Shown here: piece by piece, positions 1 through 10,213 of the stretch
How the letters are laid out: the number at the start of each line of letters is the position of its first letter
Position numbering within the stretch: the stretch's first letter is position 1
DNA from: Deltaproteobacteria bacterium
Lineage (GTDB): Bacteria > Bdellovibrionota_C > UBA2361 > SZUA-149 > JADZAE01
Direction: 5' to 3'
NCBI GenBank assembly: GCA_020852715.1
Contig: JADZAE010000075.1
Location: 23,960-87,959 of the forward strand
Length of the DNA stretch: 64,000 bases
The notes under the pieces: generated by a model
The model's database searches: none
What the model was told of the DNA's origin: nothing
What the model saw: the letters and a program-made list of their open reading frames with translations, nothing else
Made by a program: the position numbers and the translations under genes

Positions 1-191
1 ACATTATGAAATGCCGACAAGTAACCTCCAGCGTTCACATAAGACTTTAAATCAACCATGCCCTCAAGGCAAAGGTCAAAGCGTTTTAACTCGTAATATA
101 CAGCCATCAGCTGCACAAAATGCATTGATAATAATGCACTCTGACTAAATTTGGGACAAGGGTAGTCTATTTTGAGTTTTACTTTAGCCAT
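1..191 (-). CDS. Partial ORF running off the window start, unknown function (MAKVKLKIDYPCPKF...)
   Basis: The open frame on the minus strand has its ATG at 189-191 and continues beyond position 1. No domain was recognised. Confidence 0.3.
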   Translation of the reverse strand, partial: MAKVKLKIDYPCPKFSQSALLSMHFVQLMAVYYELKRFDLCLEGMVDLKSYVNAGGYLSAFHN

Positions 192-726
192 TTCGCGACG
201 TTCGACATCACCTAAAAGCGTCGCTATTTTTTTTAAATAACTCACGCTGACAACATTCGAGGGTTCAGCACTAGAATATTGGTAAGAAGTTAATAATAAA
301 TCTCACTGCTCTTTGAGCCGCGACTTTAGCTCCGGCTTAAGGGCCGAACAAAGAGCTTGATTCCAAAGTATAAATATCTGCTCAAATTTCCTTTCAGATT
401 TAACTGCGAAAATACTCTGTTCTGCTGTGAGGAAAGATAAAGCCTTAACTGCCTACTTCGTTGCGCCCAACATGAGAAGCGGTTTAATAGCTATTGCTGT
501 GGTAAAAAATATTGATCTCCCCTTATTGGTAGTATCAGCAAAGCTACCATCAGATTTCTGCTTGCCTATCAGCCAGTCAGCGGCATAATCAAACATAGCC
601 TTTATCCAATTTGTTGTTTCGAGAATTCATTATTTATACTTTCCTTTCGCCAGCAGTTGGCTCTCAATAACATAAGGGGCCATTGTCGCACGATGCTTAT
701 TTTTCATGCTAAAGCCTTAATTATCG

Positions 727-1536
727 CTTATGAAAATTGCTTTGATCATTTCCGGAATGTCCCGAACTTATAAACAGGCGTATGCCTCAATTTCTAAATA
801 TTTAATTCCGGATCTGGATTGCGATATTTACCTGCATAGCTAGAACATTGAAGGCAATATCACTTTTGCCTTAGAGGGCGATAAAGTGCAGAAAGGCGTT
901 ACGTGCGATTATACGACCACGGAAGACGAGCTAATTGCGGCCTATCATCCAAAAAAAATTATAGTCGAGCCATTTGCTCCTTTTGAGCAGGCCCATCAAG
1001 AAGTATCTGAAGGTTTAGCTAAGTTTAGTATTAGAAAATTTATCTCGATATTTTTGCAGTGACACAAAGTGAAACAAAACTTTGCTATGCTTGAGAATCC
1101 CGCGGATTATGATTTTATTATCCGCACACGCTTTGATTTAAAAATGTGTAATCCTTTCCCTTGGAAATTATTTTTAGGTAGCAAAAGGCTGCGCGGTAGC
1201 TTATGTTTTACCGAAATGCTTCAATATGGTTTTGATACGCTAAATTGCCAGGTTTGCGATCCGATTGCTATTGCTAATCCATATTACATGGATATCTATT
1301 CTTCGCTTTATGATGAAATGATGAACAATACTTATGCTCATCTTTACGAGGCGACCAAACCCGAGCTCTCCTCAGAATTTCTTTTAGCTTGGCATTTAAG
1401 GACAAATCATGTTCCGACTGTGGTATTACCCTTTAATTTTCAAATTGTCAGGCAAGAAAACCTTGCGCAAACAGCTAGCTATATCGAAACAAATAATTTC
1501 ATAAAAGAGTGGCGAGCATCTAACCCGATAAAATAG
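727..1536 (+). pseudogene. Glycosyltransferase-like (WavE/capsule-type) gene interrupted by in-frame TAG (838-840) and TGA (1060-1062)
   Basis: A single reading frame runs MKIALIISGMSRTYK...*...*...VKQNFAMLEN... through both stops. The 1069-1536 ORF in the track is in the same frame. Confidence 0.5.
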
Positions 1537-1537
1537 C

Positions 1538-2583
1538 ATGAAAAACAGCGATATTCTAACAATAATTATCCCTCTCATTAACGCGCATTCGTGCGCGAAT
1601 CTACTTACTTCTCTTAGTCAACAAACAAACTCTTCTTTTGCACTGATCATTATTGGCAATACGACTGAAATAGATAAAACGCTCCTCATTCATTATCGAG
1701 ATTGTAAAATTCTTCCATCTTCCGCTTCCACAATGAGCGCACTACTAGCTGAGGGCCTGGGTTACAGTTACACTGCTTATAGTACATCGCTTTTGCCAAT
1801 ATTTTATATAGCCTCTACTTTTGTAGCTAAAACCCTGGAGGCAATCGCTTCTAGTAAAAATAACTTCGACACACTCATGCCTGATCATGCGGTAATTGAA
1901 AATGATTGCTCAATGAAATATATCATCAAAAACGAGCATCTTGAGTACCGTGACCTGATCACAAATTTTAGTTTGTTTCCTTCCCTGATCAGTAAAACCA
2001 GAAATTGGCAGTCGTTTTTGCAGCACTTTTCACATACCAATTACTATATCTAAAATTGGTATTATGCTCTGAACCAGGCGAAAACTGCCGTACTGCTTCT
2101 TCTATCTGAGATGTTGCTATACCACCCGGAGCAACCTTTGAGCATAAGCTTTTATCTTATCAAAACAAGGAAGAGTTAAAGGCATTTGCTTTTGCTGATT
2201 TAGCAAAAAAATGCCTTTGCTCTAATCTGGATTTATATACTCGTGCTAATTATCTACTATCTGTTGCTTACTCCATTAATAACTCCAATCCATTTATTAC
2301 CTATATGTTAGCTTGCGTACGGGCTTTACTTAACAAAAAAGATGACGCCATAAAGATTATCGATAGTTTTCCTTTGAATTTAATTGAGAAAAAAGCTAGA
2401 GTTATTGAATCTATCATCACTTCTATTAATAATCTTTGCGCGAATAAAGCCAAAGGATTAAATAGTCTTGTCTTAAATGAAGAAGAACTTGGCGAACACG
2501 CCAATTGCCATGAATTTTTAGTATCACTCGAGAGAAGAACTTCAAGTTATCCGGATCCCTTAACTATAAATGACAAGGAATAG
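1538..2583 (+). pseudogene. GT2 glycosyltransferase with C-terminal TPR-like region, disrupted by an in-frame TAA and one frameshift
   Basis: The N-terminal IIIPLINAH... is a GT2-type start. The frame stays open after TAA at 2051-2053. A TPR-like helical segment continues to 2583 in another frame (…LCSNLDLYTRANYLLSVAYS…MLACVRALLNKKDDAIK…). Confidence 0.45.
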
Positions 2584-2586
2584 CTT

Positions 2587-3303
2587 ATGCCAACCGTAAC
2601 AAATAAACACATCTTAGACGTAGTCGGTGCCTTAACTAAAGAGCAATGGTATCTTTGGCTTCGCTATGGCTTAAATAATCGTCCTTACGAAACTCCTCCT
2701 ATTGTTGTGGAATACCCTGAGCTTGTTGTCTTACGTGGTGTTTATTTGCGTGAGTTGGCTGTTATGGCCCAAGCAAAGACTTTTTTGGAAATAGGAACTG
2801 CTCGCGGCTATCAAGCAATGAGCTGGGCAGATTATCTAAATTCCCAGCGCCTTATGGATGGTATCGTTTACACATTTGATATCGATGCTATGGATAAACG
2901 TATCTATAAGACACCGATGACAGGAGATCAGGTTTTTACCAGATCTGAACTATGGGAAAGCGAGGCTTGTGCTCGTTTTATCTGCTTTACGGACAGAACA
3001 AAGCAAAGCATTTCACAAACGATTAAACATAAAATTGATATGAGCTATATCGACGGACAACACGAGGAAGCACCGGTGATCGAAGATTTTGCCGAAGTCT
3101 TACCTTTTCTTCATCAAGATAGCATTGTTGTGTTCGATGATTGCGATGAACGCTTTTCCGGGGTGCAGAAGGCAGTTGCCGCTATTGCCGAGAAACTTCA
3201 AGCCCCGTATGAAATAGTTTCGTTTGAGCCTGCTGGTTACAAAATCGCCGTCATGCGTCTGGCTAATTGCGCCATTAAAGCTAATTTACCCAAGCGCAAC
3301 TAG
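2587..3303 (+). CDS. Class I SAM-dependent O-methyltransferase (CmcI/TylF-like, sugar-modifying)
   Basis: Motifs FLEIGTARGYQ and YIDGQHEE are typical of family 3 O-methyltransferases. Intact ORF. Confidence 0.7.
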   Translation: MPTVTNKHILDVVGALTKEQWYLWLRYGLNNRPYETPPIVVEYPELVVLRGVYLRELAVMAQAKTFLEIGTARGYQAMSWADYLNSQRLMDGIVYTFDIDAMDKRIYKTPMTGDQVFTRSELWESEACARFICFTDRTKQSISQTIKHKIDMSYIDGQHEEAPVIEDFAEVLPFLHQDSIVVFDDCDERFSGVQKAVAAIAEKLQAPYEIVSFEPAGYKIAVMRLANCAIKANLPKRN

Positions 3304-4076
3304 TTTTCCTGCTTTTCGCAGCTTTGACTATAATGCTGATGCTCTTCACTGTAGCCATGCATATTTAAGTGCGCTTCCTGATCACTTTTTTGTTCTAATG
3401 TCTGCGCAACGCTTAATACCTTACCACTAATCATTTCCTTACTTAGGCGGTGCAGCATGGTTTTGCCCAAATAAAAAAGCAGCAGGCTATAAGGATAGTG
3501 AAGCAGAGCCGCGATATTTAAAAATATTAGCGCGGTCAATATCTCTACTTTTTGCTGGTCAAGTTTAGAGACTTTTAGCCAATCTTTGAGATAATTTTCG
3601 CAATCAACTGAGTTCTGCTTACGGAGAAAATTGAATTCGATCACATTTAATCTATTGTTCTCATGGATCTTATTATCGTGAATCAATTCATGACAAATAA
3701 TAAAGCCGTGATTTAGCTTGGCCAGATCATAATACAGATCTCCATACTCGTAGATTCCCGCAAATTCCTGCCGTCAATCAAGAAGCGTAAAAGGCATTTA
3801 AGCTGTTCCACCGTTGACTAGAATATTCTCAAAATGAAGGTCTCCATGAAAGCGCACAGGCGACCCTTTGGCAATATATTCCCAATCAAGGCTATCGAGA
3901 ATAGTGCTGATCATTGGCACATGAACACCATTAATAATTTCCTCGGCATCAATCCGCTCATATCTAGTAAAAAACCGTTTAACTCGCTGGTAAGTTTTAT
4001 CTCGATAAAATTTAAGACAACTACTTTGAAAATTGGCACCTTGCTCAGCTACCAACTCTTTTTTCTGCCAAAAACC
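3300..4076 (-). pseudogene. APH/choline-kinase-like kinase domain (C-terminal half of the fused gene), interrupted by in-frame TAG, TAA and TGA
   Basis: The frame is the same as ORF 4077-5060: ...FFLECM*GFWQKKEL...[47 protein letters not shown].... It carries the Brenner motif HGDLHxxN, and the TGA sits where the conserved Trp of the LIDWE motif is expected. Confidence 0.6.
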
Positions 4077-5009
4077 CTACATACATTCGAGAAAGAATCG
4101 AAACGTAAACACGGACGGCATCTTAGAAAACACCTCGCTTTCGATTAAATTATAGCTATACATGTTCTCGGTTTGCGCGGTAATCTGCGGCACATAATTT
4201 CCTAAATACTTTGTGCGCTCCACCCGATCAGCAATGAATTTTTTATTAACTGAGTATTTTATTACCTTATTATTAACAAACCAGATCGCTTCATCCTCCT
4301 TTTCTAAAATATTATAACTCTCAGCGGCGCAGTTAAAATGCTCACGCGCACGATTTAAGGCTTCCAAATTCCCACTATCATACCAATCAAATTCCCGCTC
4401 TCCTATTCCCTGCGAAATTAAAAACTTCAGTCCATAGCTTTCCCCGATTTCAATGGAGCCTTCATTTTTCCCCTCTTCCATTGCCTGCCAAAAAGCCTGA
4501 TAATCCTTGATTCCCGCCAGTCCAATGTAAGGAGAAACATCACCGCTCGCCCCTTTCGAACAAATCTCTTTTACCAGACCACCTTCTTTAATTATCGAAC
4601 GATACGGGGACGTATCTTCCACCTGACAATAATGCCCCATCCAAATCTCTTCAGGCTCGGGGATAGATTCTGTGACCAGAGTATCATTGTAACAAAATAT
4701 AAAAGGGCACTGTAAAACATCTTTTGCACAAAGTAGCGAATATCCTAACCCACTTCCTTCCCCCTCGTATCGATCAACGTTGACAAAAGTAAATTTTCGA
4801 TCGGGATAAACCATTTGCAAAAAACCCATCACTGTTTCTTTCTTGTAGCCTATGGGAATAACGAGCTCGATATCAACCGGAAATTTTTCAATCACATAGG
4901 AGATGGCCGGCTTGTTGCCTATACTAACCAGTGCTTTCTTCACGTGTTTAGAAAGAGTCTTTAACCTTGCTTCTAACCCAGCAGTAGGAATAACAACTTT
5001 ATATTTCAT
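4077..5009 (-). CDS. Sugar-phosphate/phosphocholine nucleotidyltransferase domain (LicC/MurU-like), N-terminal half of a nucleotidyltransferase-kinase fusion
   Basis: KVVIPTAGLEARLKTL...KALVSIGNKPAI is the NTP-transferase signature. The likely start is MKYKVV at 5009. Alternative upstream starts are ATG at 5054 and TTG at 5060. Confidence 0.6.
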   Translation of the reverse strand: MKYKVVIPTAGLEARLKTLSKHVKKALVSIGNKPAISYVIEKFPVDIELVIPIGYKKETVMGFLQMVYPDRKFTFVNVDRYEGEGSGLGYSLLCAKDVLQCPFIFCYNDTLVTESIPEPEEIWMGHYCQVEDTSPYRSIIKEGGLVKEICSKGASGDVSPYIGLAGIKDYQAFWQAMEEGKNEGSIEIGESYGLKFLISQGIGEREFDWYDSGNLEALNRAREHFNCAAESYNILEKEDEAIWFVNNKVIKYSVNKKFIADRVERTKYLGNYVPQITAQTENMYSYNLIESEVFSKMPSVFTFRFFLECM

Positions 5010-5034
5010 AATATTAACCTTTTTAAACCCTGCA

Positions 5035-5377
5035 CTAAACTCGATTATAAGCATCAGCAATGCGCACTACATCTTCAAGCTGTGACGTCGAGCTTTCTAA
5101 ATATATAGAGTCCTCTAGCGACTCCATCTGGGACACTATAAATGGCTCAATTGTAATACAATCCCCGGCTACCAGGTCTTTCTGCTCTAAGGTATCCGCT
5201 GACTTCCCAATGTAAAGGTGTAGCGTTCCACTGAGAACATAAACGGTCTCTTTTTTTTTGCTCGTGATATTGAATGCTACACTTGTGCCCCTTATTCATG
5301 GTCAGTCTTTTAACTACATATTCGTTATTGTGCTCGAGCAATTCTTCCCGGCCCCATGGTTTCTCTGTAATTTTCAT
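5035..5377 (-). pseudogene. Small cupin (sugar isomerase/epimerase-like) with a frameshift in a 9-nt homopolymer (T9 on the plus strand, 5251-5259)
   Basis: The N-terminus is MKITEKPWGRE...GHKCSIQYHEQKK. Deleting one A from the A9 tract restores ...KKETVYVLSGTLHLYIGKSADTLEQKDLVAGDCITIEP...AYNRV*, a complete cupin. Confidence 0.6.
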
Positions 5378-5521
5378 AATGCCTCTTTTTTGAATTGATC
5401 ACATTAAAAGCGTTTAAGTATTTTATCAGCTTTTGTTCAATTGCTGACTTTAGAAAATCATCTAATGAAAATTTAAATTTGCGGGAAAGATACTCTTTGG
5501 CATCTTCTTTGATTTTTCGCG

Positions 5522-6559
5522 CTAGAGAATGGGGAAAATATAATATCCACAGATAATAGCTTTTTCGACGGCCGAAAGATTGCTCCCTTTAGCTTGCCAT
5601 TTTATCCAGCGGCCAGAATCAACGGCTAATTTTATAAATGCGTTAAAGGATTCGCTCAGTCCATATAGATTGAGGCAATATAGCAGAGCCTGAGTTTCCG
5701 CCACCCCTAATTCCCGAGCAATATTGGAGGCATGTATCTCTATACCGGGTCTAAGTAACAGGGCCTCATCGGGTAAATAATCAGTATTATATTCCTTCAG
5801 TAAGATTGTGCGTTGATTACAAATGTCTAGTGTCTTTTTATTATTATCTCGTAAACTTTGAACAGACTCGTAATCAGTAAGCTCTAAATTAAAGGCACCA
5901 ACATTACGCGTTTCAACAACTTTTGTTACGGTTTAAGCCACTACAAAAGTGGGCCGCGGATATTTATGTTGGCGACAGAATAAGTCAACTTTCTCTAAAA
6001 AATAAGCAAAGTGCTCGTGACATAGATACCCGCCTGATTGCTCTTCCGTGCCTAATTCAAATTCTATTGTCTTGTTATGTTGCTCAGCAAAGGAAACACA
6101 ATAAGAGTATAGCTCAAAAAGTCTGTCAAGAACGATATCTAAATCAAAATCTCGAGCATCGGAACTAATACTAGGGTCGATGTGAATAAATGAAAAGTCA
6201 GATAGTATATCCTCCTCATATGATTTCTTTGCCGTTGCTATAGCTTCTTCTGTGGCTAACTTTTGTTCATTAGCTCCTTGCCATGGACCACCATGGTCAC
6301 GAGCCATAAAAAGACATGGGCTAGCTAAAGATTTCACATAATCACTGAATTCTTCCGTGGAATAATTTTCTACATATCCTCCACCTAACTCTTGCGCATC
6401 AATCTGCCGTCGGCTAGCAATTAGAATCATCGGAATTTTATGATGGGCAGAAATTTGAGTACAAATATCAATGCTGTTTCTGCTCATTGGACCAAGGTAC
6501 GGCAAGGTGCAACGATTGGCCGCTATATAGCTACGAATGTATTCTCCTAGACTCCCCAT
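5522..6559 (-). pseudogene. GatZ/KbaZ-family (tagatose-bisphosphate aldolase accessory / tagatose-6-P kinase-like) gene with an in-frame TAA at 5933-5935
   Basis: IASRRQIDAQELGGGY...ARDHGGPW aligns to GatZ EATSNQVNQFGGYTG...GGDHLGPN. ORFs 5933-6559 and 5522-5704 are in the same frame, separated by TAA. Confidence 0.5.
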
Positions 6560-6594
6560 TTGCCACTAACCTTTATTGATAAGTTTGGTAGTTG

Positions 6595-7073
6595 TCACGG
6601 GTCATGAGGTTGGAAGAACTTTTCTAGAACGTGCAAACACGCTTCAGATACAGCACCATGACTGCCACTCGATTTTATTACATAAGAGGCAAATGGTTTG
6701 CTTACGGCATGAACATTAGCCGGAGCGATGGAGTAGCCGACTTCACGAAAAACATAGTGATCTAAAATGCCATCGCCCATATAGATGACACTCTTTGCTT
6801 CCCAATGTCTTTGATCCAATCTATGCGTTTGATTGTGCTGACAAGTTCCAGCGGAAATTTCATATCATCAACTACGCGCGCTTTGGTGATATCAAAACCT
6901 CTATGGTCCCCGGTGATAAAATGTATTTCTAAGTAAGGCTTGATTAGGCAAAGTGCATCATGGTCATCAGAGCCAAAAACTTTCATCACTTTGCCTTCTT
7001 TGATGTAATAGAAACGACCGTCGGTCAAAACGCCATCAACATCAAAGACAAATATTTTTGGCTCTACCTTCAT
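6595..7073 (-). pseudogene. KdsC-like HAD phosphatase (Kdo-8-P phosphatase family), frameshifted
   Basis: The N-terminal FVFDVDGVLTDG and C-terminal YMGDGILD...SSGSHGAVSEACLHVL segments match KdsC. They lie in different frames and overlap at 6762-6819. Confidence 0.55.
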
Positions 7074-7187
7074 AAAGACCTCTTAAAACCCTGTACTCGT
7101 TTGGATGACTTCCATGGCATAAGGATACCTGCTTATGCATCTATCTTGCTTCAACTTAAATAAAACTAAAATTGCCTTATTGTATCG

Positions 7188-7324
7188 TACGCAAGAAGTT
7201 AGTTGAACGGCATATTACTAAGTAATTAAGTTTTGCGTGCGGTATAAAGAAAAGCAAGGATGCTTTTCGCGGAAGCGAAACCCCGATTCGCGTCCGTAAA
7301 TGCCCATAAATAAGCCATTGATGG
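7188..7324 (-). repeat. Rep-A leader element, copy 3 (reverse orientation), ending about 115 bp upstream of the kdsC-like start
   Basis: The reverse complement matches 12312-12464 (GCCATCCATGGCTTCATTAAGAGCA...CGAATCGGGGTTTCGC...ATACCGCAC...GTGCGGTAT). Confidence 0.7.
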
Positions 7325-7440
7325 CCTATTTATGAGCAAAATGAAACTAAGCCCCATCCGGGCGGATTTTGCGAAGCAAAATCATGGGGCAGAAACTAAG
7401 CCTTCACATATTTAGTCGTTTTCGATTAGGAAATGTCAGA
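7325..7440 (+). repeat. Rep-B element, copy 1
   Basis: It shares the core ...TTTTGCGAAGCAAAA..ATGGGG...GACTAAGCCTTCACA..TTAGTCGTTT.CGAT with 28782-28865 and 38358-38440. Confidence 0.65.
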
Positions 7441-7636
7441 TTAATCATTAGTATTTTTATAATAGCGTTATTTGATTGCAATTTTTAACCATGTGAAGGT
7501 TTATCCATTTGCTTAGGGCAATGACAAAATGAATGCGCTATGGGTTTCTGCTCATATACTATGTATTAAAAATGGAAACTTATTGCATATTATATCATCC
7601 AAATTAACACTGCAGTGGAGGTTAAAAAGGAAACTA

Positions 7637-8527
7637 ATGAATAGGCCAATGAAGATATTAACTTTTTATGATGTCCAAGGTTGGGCCTGGTGGCACCGTT
7701 CCCACCATATTCAAGAAAATCTTTCTCCAGCCTTCCAATTGGATATCAAGCAAGACAAGGAAAAGTATAATCCCCTAGATTATGATATCGTCATGATCTT
7801 TGATTATTATTTTTTAACTTTAGATCATTTTACAGTACCGCCGCCGGATCGCTTGCTCATCGGCTGCAGCAACTCCCGATTAATAGATGAAATGATTTAT
7901 GTAGTTGAACAAAGCCACTGCTTGGCCGGTTTCATGAACAACTTTGGCGATTACAAAAAGATGACCGGACATCCCAATTACTTTTGCTGTCAAAACGGAG
8001 TAGATACCAGTCTATTCTATCCGCCTGCGCAACGGCCGGAAAAGTTTAAAGCTTGCTGGGTTGGCAGTCTTAACTCGATGTGTAACAAAGGCGGTGATCT
8101 AATCAAGGCCGCATGTGAAAAGGCCGGGGTGGAATTGATTTGCGTGGGAGTTGATCCCCGCTATGACAAGCTCCTCTCTCACGATCAGCTACGTGAGCAA
8201 GCATATCACCACGCTTCCGTCTTAATCTGCGCATCGGAATTTGAAGGCACCCCAAATCCAGCCTTAGAAGCTATGGCCTGCGGCGTCCCTGTTATTTCCA
8301 CCCGAGTAGGCAACATGCCGGAGCTTATTCGTGAAGGATACAACGGTATTTTAGTCAACCGTAGCGTTGACGAAATCGCTGACGCTATCAGAGTCATTGC
8401 CGCATTAGATAAGGAAACCTTAGCCATTAACTGTCGCCAATCAATCGAAAATGGTTGGACTTGGAAGCAACAAACAAAAAAGTATGAGACAATGTTTACA
8501 ACACTAGCAGCACGACGTGGCTTATAA
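7637..8527 (+). CDS. Glycosyltransferase family 1 (GT4-type)
   Basis: EFEGTPNPALEAMACGVPVIST is the E-X7-E motif. AAGGAA lies 4 nt before the ATG at 7637. The track ORF starts at 7529. Confidence 0.75.
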   Translation: MNRPMKILTFYDVQGWAWWHRSHHIQENLSPAFQLDIKQDKEKYNPLDYDIVMIFDYYFLTLDHFTVPPPDRLLIGCSNSRLIDEMIYVVEQSHCLAGFMNNFGDYKKMTGHPNYFCCQNGVDTSLFYPPAQRPEKFKACWVGSLNSMCNKGGDLIKAACEKAGVELICVGVDPRYDKLLSHDQLREQAYHHASVLICASEFEGTPNPALEAMACGVPVISTRVGNMPELIREGYNGILVNRSVDEIADAIRVIAALDKETLAINCRQSIENGWTWKQQTKKYETMFTTLAARRGL

Positions 8528-8556
8528 GAAACATCATAACGGGGTAAGTTAAAATC

Positions 8557-10056
8557 ATGACACTTTCAACACAGCCGAAAATAAGACAGTATCCCTGCGC
8601 AACGCTCTGTGACATTTCTGATTTTTTAGTACCACGAAACTCCGCATATTTAAAGATATGCAAACCAGGATTTACCCTCTCTACAAAAAGACGGCAGTGG
8701 GAATGGAACTTTATTGCCGAAAGTGCAGAAAACCTGGGGCTACTGGATGGAACAAAAATAGTGATGGGGGTAGGCACTGGTAACGAACCTCTGCTATTCT
8801 TTTTCGCTCGAACCTGCGCCGATGTGTTAGGTTCGGATCTTTATTCCGCAGATACAGATTGGAGTGTGGCGCGTTTTGAAAAGCATGAACAAATCTATAA
8901 TAGCGCTCCCTTTGATTTTCCCAAGGAAAGATTACATTTTGTCAATGCTGACATGAGGAAACTGCCGGTCGAGGATAATAGCTATGACTTTGTATGGTCC
9001 ACATCAACTATTGAGCATCCGGCATCCGCGCGTGAAGTTTACATGGCAATACAGGAAATGCTACGCGTCGTTAAGCCCGGTGGCTATGTTTTATTCACTA
9101 CTGAATACTGCGTTAGCGAGCCGCCCTATTTTCTACCGCACTTAAATACCCTAGACCCGTATTTATTCGGTAAGTATTTTTATAACAATCAGGGATTTGA
9201 AATAATCGGCGATGTCGATTTAGAATTTAACTGGCAGTCTATTACCAATGATATTTCGCTAAGAAGAAATGTTCCAATACCGTATTATAAACATTTTGAT
9301 CAGTTACAGTTTTATGCTCCGCAGAGCATAGTGCAAAGCTTAGGGTTTTCGTTGGTCGTACCAATTGGCATGGTTCTTCGCAAAATTGAAGGGAAAATGA
9401 AATCATGGGATAATTTAGGTCTCCCTCAGGTCTATCTGGATTATGCTAGCGCCGCGGAGGCATTTGACGAAAAAGAATTTAATAAATGTTATTCGTTAAT
9501 TATCAATTACGGTTTACACAACAGCCAAAGTCTCCCGCTGCAGTTTTATGCTCAGTTGGCTACCTTAATTTTACGAGCTAAGCTGGAAATAGGAAATCCG
9601 TATGACAATGAGGCGCTGCAAGTATATCAAAATGTTATTCAGCGTATCCCTTATGGATTACATCAGGATGCTGATCTACTTGATATCCTGGCCTATTACG
9701 CTTCCGGTATGGATAATAAGGAAGTCAGCTCTGAACTGTTATATTTGGTTGTTAATTCTACATCTTCCATTGCCCCTCATGCTATTTCTTGCTCACTAAG
9801 ACGAATGGAAATTCTCGCACAGCTGGGAAAAGAGGAGGAAGGAATTAATTTTGTAATCACTACCTATGGTGCCTATCTCAGCGAGGAAAAGGCTTCTGTC
9901 CCCTTTGCTAATATCATGCAAGAGATTATAAATAAATCTGCAACAAATCCTCTTTATCAAAAATTGCGTGAACGCTTAAAAGATTTACTCGAGAATCAAG
10001 TTAAAACAAGACGGCAAGAGTTAGCGGCTTTTGAACAAGCAACGAATAAGTATTAG
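8557..10056 (+). CDS. Class I SAM-dependent methyltransferase with a C-terminal TPR-like helical domain
   Basis: VMGVGTGNEPL...DNSYDFVWSTSTIEH...VVKPGGYVLF is a Methyltransf_11/23 fold. About 250 aa of helical repeats follow. Confidence 0.7.
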   Translation: MTLSTQPKIRQYPCATLCDISDFLVPRNSAYLKICKPGFTLSTKRRQWEWNFIAESAENLGLLDGTKIVMGVGTGNEPLLFFFARTCADVLGSDLYSADTDWSVARFEKHEQIYNSAPFDFPKERLHFVNADMRKLPVEDNSYDFVWSTSTIEHPASAREVYMAIQEMLRVVKPGGYVLFTTEYCVSEPPYFLPHLNTLDPYLFGKYFYNNQGFEIIGDVDLEFNWQSITNDISLRRNVPIPYYKHFDQLQFYAPQSIVQSLGFSLVVPIGMVLRKIEGKMKSWDNLGLPQVYLDYASAAEAFDEKEFNKCYSLIINYGLHNSQSLPLQFYAQLATLILRAKLEIGNPYDNEALQVYQNVIQRIPYGLHQDADLLDILAYYASGMDNKEVSSELLYLVVNSTSSIAPHAISCSLRRMEILAQLGKEEEGINFVITTYGAYLSEEKASVPFANIMQEIINKSATNPLYQKLRERLKDLLENQVKTRRQELAAFEQATNKY

Positions 10057-10213
10057 TTCCATTAATACTGTCCTCTCAACCATGTCTTAGCCAATTCAGC
10101 GTTATAATTTCTGGTCATGCTCAGCATGCCCCTACATCGTATCGCGGTTATTCATGCGGATGAAAATGTCGTGGCTACTGGGCTTATTATGAAGGAATAT
10201 GATTGGGCCCTTG

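Noticed and set aside
250-700. Fragment encoding ...ADWLIGKQKSDGSF... (prenyltransferase / alpha-alpha-toroid QW-like motif) on the minus strand
   Set aside because: The open stretch is only ~55 aa and bounded by stops. The motif match is weak, so it is too fragmentary to call. It may be one more decayed gene of the glycan locus.
727-6559. In-frame stop codons read as an alternative genetic code (e.g. TGA=Trp or Gly)
   Set aside because: All three stop codons (TAG, TAA, TGA) occur in-frame, sometimes within one gene. Every intact gene in the window terminates normally, and conserved proteins (ClpA, PurA, HppA) need no recoding. Pseudogenisation is the simpler explanation.
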